Positions 62,448-64,000 of a stretch of DNA of 64,000 nucleotides are shown piece after piece. The DNA is from an uncultured delta proteobacterium (GTDB lineage: Bacteria; Desulfobacterota; WTBG01; CAIYCZ01; CAIRTM01). The notes beneath the pieces were generated by a model. The model was given only the letters and a program-made list of their open reading frames with translations, did no database searches and had not been told where the DNA came from. The DNA lies in assembly GCA_963804955.1 (NCBI GenBank), contig CAWDSQ010000008.1:1-64000 (forward strand), written 5' to 3'. A program made the position numbers and the translations under genes. Position 1 is the stretch's first letter. Every line of letters starts with the position of its first letter.

Positions 62448-64000
62448 TCATTTATTGTCAAGCAGGTGCAGGTCTTTGAGCTTGCGGTAAAAAGTCCTGC
62501 GGCTTATGCCCAGCAATTCAGCCGCTTTTGACCTGTTCCACCTTGTCTGCTTGAGTGCATTGAGAATCTGATCATAGTCCAGGGCGCATTCTGATTCTTC
62601 CCCTCCGTTTTCAAGACCTGAAGCATCCTTGAGCTGAAGGGAAATATGATCGGTTGTTATGGTATCGGTGTTGCAAAGAATAAATGCCCGTTCAAGCACA
62701 TTTTCAAGCTCGCGGACATTGCCCGGCCACTGATAGTTTACAAAAAGCCGCATTACCTGATCGGAAACCCCCTTGATGTCTTTTTTTAACTTTTTGTTGA
62801 ATTTGGCGCAGAAGTGGCTCACCAGCAGGGGGATATCCTCAATGCGCTTCGAAAGAGCCGGAAGATTCATTTCCATGACATTCAGGCGATAATACAGGTC
62901 CTCGCGGAAAGAGCCCTGCCGCATTTTTTCAAGAAGGTCGCAGTTTGTGGCGGCAATGACCCGGATATCAACCTTGATGGGGCGGTTATCCCCGACCCTT
63001 TCAAACTCATGCTCCTGGAGCACCCGCAGGAGCTTGAGTTGCAGAGAAGGGGCCATGTCGCCGATTTCATCAAGAAAAATAGTTCCTTCGTGAGCCATTT
63101 GAAACCTGCCGATCTTGTCTTTGATCGCTCCGGTAAAAGCCCCGGCCACATGGCCGAACAGCTCGCTTTCCAGAAGATTCTCCGCAAAAGCCGTGCAGTT
63201 GAACTTGACCAGCGGTTTTAAAGCCCGTGAGCCGCTGTAGTGTATGGCCTCGGCGACAAGCTCCTTGCCGGTTCCGCTTCCTCCGGTAATAAGGACCGTG
63301 GTGCTGGTTTCTGCAAGAGCCTCTATGCGCGTATAGATATCCTGCATGATGGCGCTTTTACCTATGATTTTATGAAAAAACTGCCTTTCCTGCAGCTCCC
63401 TTTCGAGAGTGGTAATTCTGCTGATATCGCGCAGTACGAGCACTGAGCCCAGAAATGTTCCATCGCGGTCGATAAGCGGCGAACAGTTGATGACCACAAC
63501 CATCGGTTTGCCGTCATTGCCCGTGGCCTCCGTACGGAACTCTCTGACCGGCTCCCGCGTTTGTATGGTTTTTTCAAGCACCTCAATGCAGGAACTGAAA
63601 GACGGCCTGACCACTTCCCGCATTGTTTTGCCGGGCAGCTGTTCGGAATTAAAAAGGGAAAAATGCTCGATGGCTTCATTTGCATGTGTAATAACCATGG
63701 TATCGTCAACGGATACAACGCCATCCTGCACGCTGGCAAAAATGGCTTCAAGATTGCGGAGATACCGCTCCCGCTCATCATCAATGGCCTTGTGGCGCAG
63801 TGCAAGGGCGACAATCCTGAGCAGAATTTCCTGTGTCACGGGCTTGGATATATAGTCAAAGGCGCCGAGCCGCACCGCAGACGTTGCAGTTTCTATGTTC
63901 GGGACGCCGGTAATCATGACAACCGGGCACCGCAATCCTTTCTGCTTAATCTCGCGCAACAGGTCTATACCTGTTTTTTCTCCCATAATTATATCGCTCA
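62448..64000 (-). CDS. Sigma54-dependent regulator (REC-PAS-AAA+-Fis HTH); 5' end outside window
   Basis: GGSGTGKE, ESELFGHVAGAFTGA, WPGNVREL and HTH. Confidence 0.92.
   Translation of the reverse strand, partial: SDIIMGEKTGIDLLREIKQKGLRCPVVMITGVPNIETATSAVRLGAFDYISKPVTQEILLRIVALALRHKAIDDERERYLRNLEAIFASVQDGVVSVDDTMVITHANEAIEHFSLFNSEQLPGKTMREVVRPSFSSCIEVLEKTIQTREPVREFRTEATGNDGKPMVVVINCSPLIDRDGTFLGSVLVLRDISRITTLERELQERQFFHKIIGKSAIMQDIYTRIEALAETSTTVLITGGSGTGKELVAEAIHYSGSRALKPLVKFNCTAFAENLLESELFGHVAGAFTGAIKDKIGRFQMAHEGTIFLDEIGDMAPSLQLKLLRVLQEHEFERVGDNRPIKVDIRVIAATNCDLLEKMRQGSFREDLYYRLNVMEMNLPALSKRIEDIPLLVSHFCAKFNKKLKKDIKGVSDQVMRLFVNYQWPGNVRELENVLERAFILCNTDTITTDHISLQLKDASGLENGGEESECALDYDQILNALKQTRWNRSKAAELLGISRRTFYRKLKDLHLLDNK

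Overview
Bacterial chromosomal window. Gene content (many sigma54/PAS two-component genes, a multiheme cytochrome with a CFI-box-like tail, DUF4416, archease) suggests a deltaproteobacterial/Desulfobacterota-like organism; this is inference. Bases 1-37.2 kb are mostly core or housekeeping genes: queG-like, sua5/yciO, degP, an OmpR-family pair, acyl-CoA ligase, lnt, prfB with its programmed +1 frameshift, sfsA fusion, ettA, H1-like/HU nucleoid genes, rlmB-pyrF-gmk-yicC and rfaE1-apt-mtnP. Many genes are split by single indels that look like assembly errors. The main finding lies at 37.27-55.0 kb. tRNA-Asn(GTT) is followed by six dispersed copies of a ~40-100 bp element: IHF-like box (copies 1-4), AATCTCCCCGTGCCCGGA, a degenerate tRNA-Asn 3' end forming an imperfect palindrome, and a shared terminator (copies 1-5). 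The copies divide the region into six unrelated, integrase-free gene modules (TA systems, OmpA/transglycosylase, YeeE pair plus sigma54 two-component cluster, transglutaminase, FISUMP-like lipoproteins). This looks like a tRNA-anchored, integron-like cassette array built by repeated site-specific integration. Bases 55.5-64 kb are a dense signalling cluster. All calls come from reading the sequence and the ORF track; no database searches were run.
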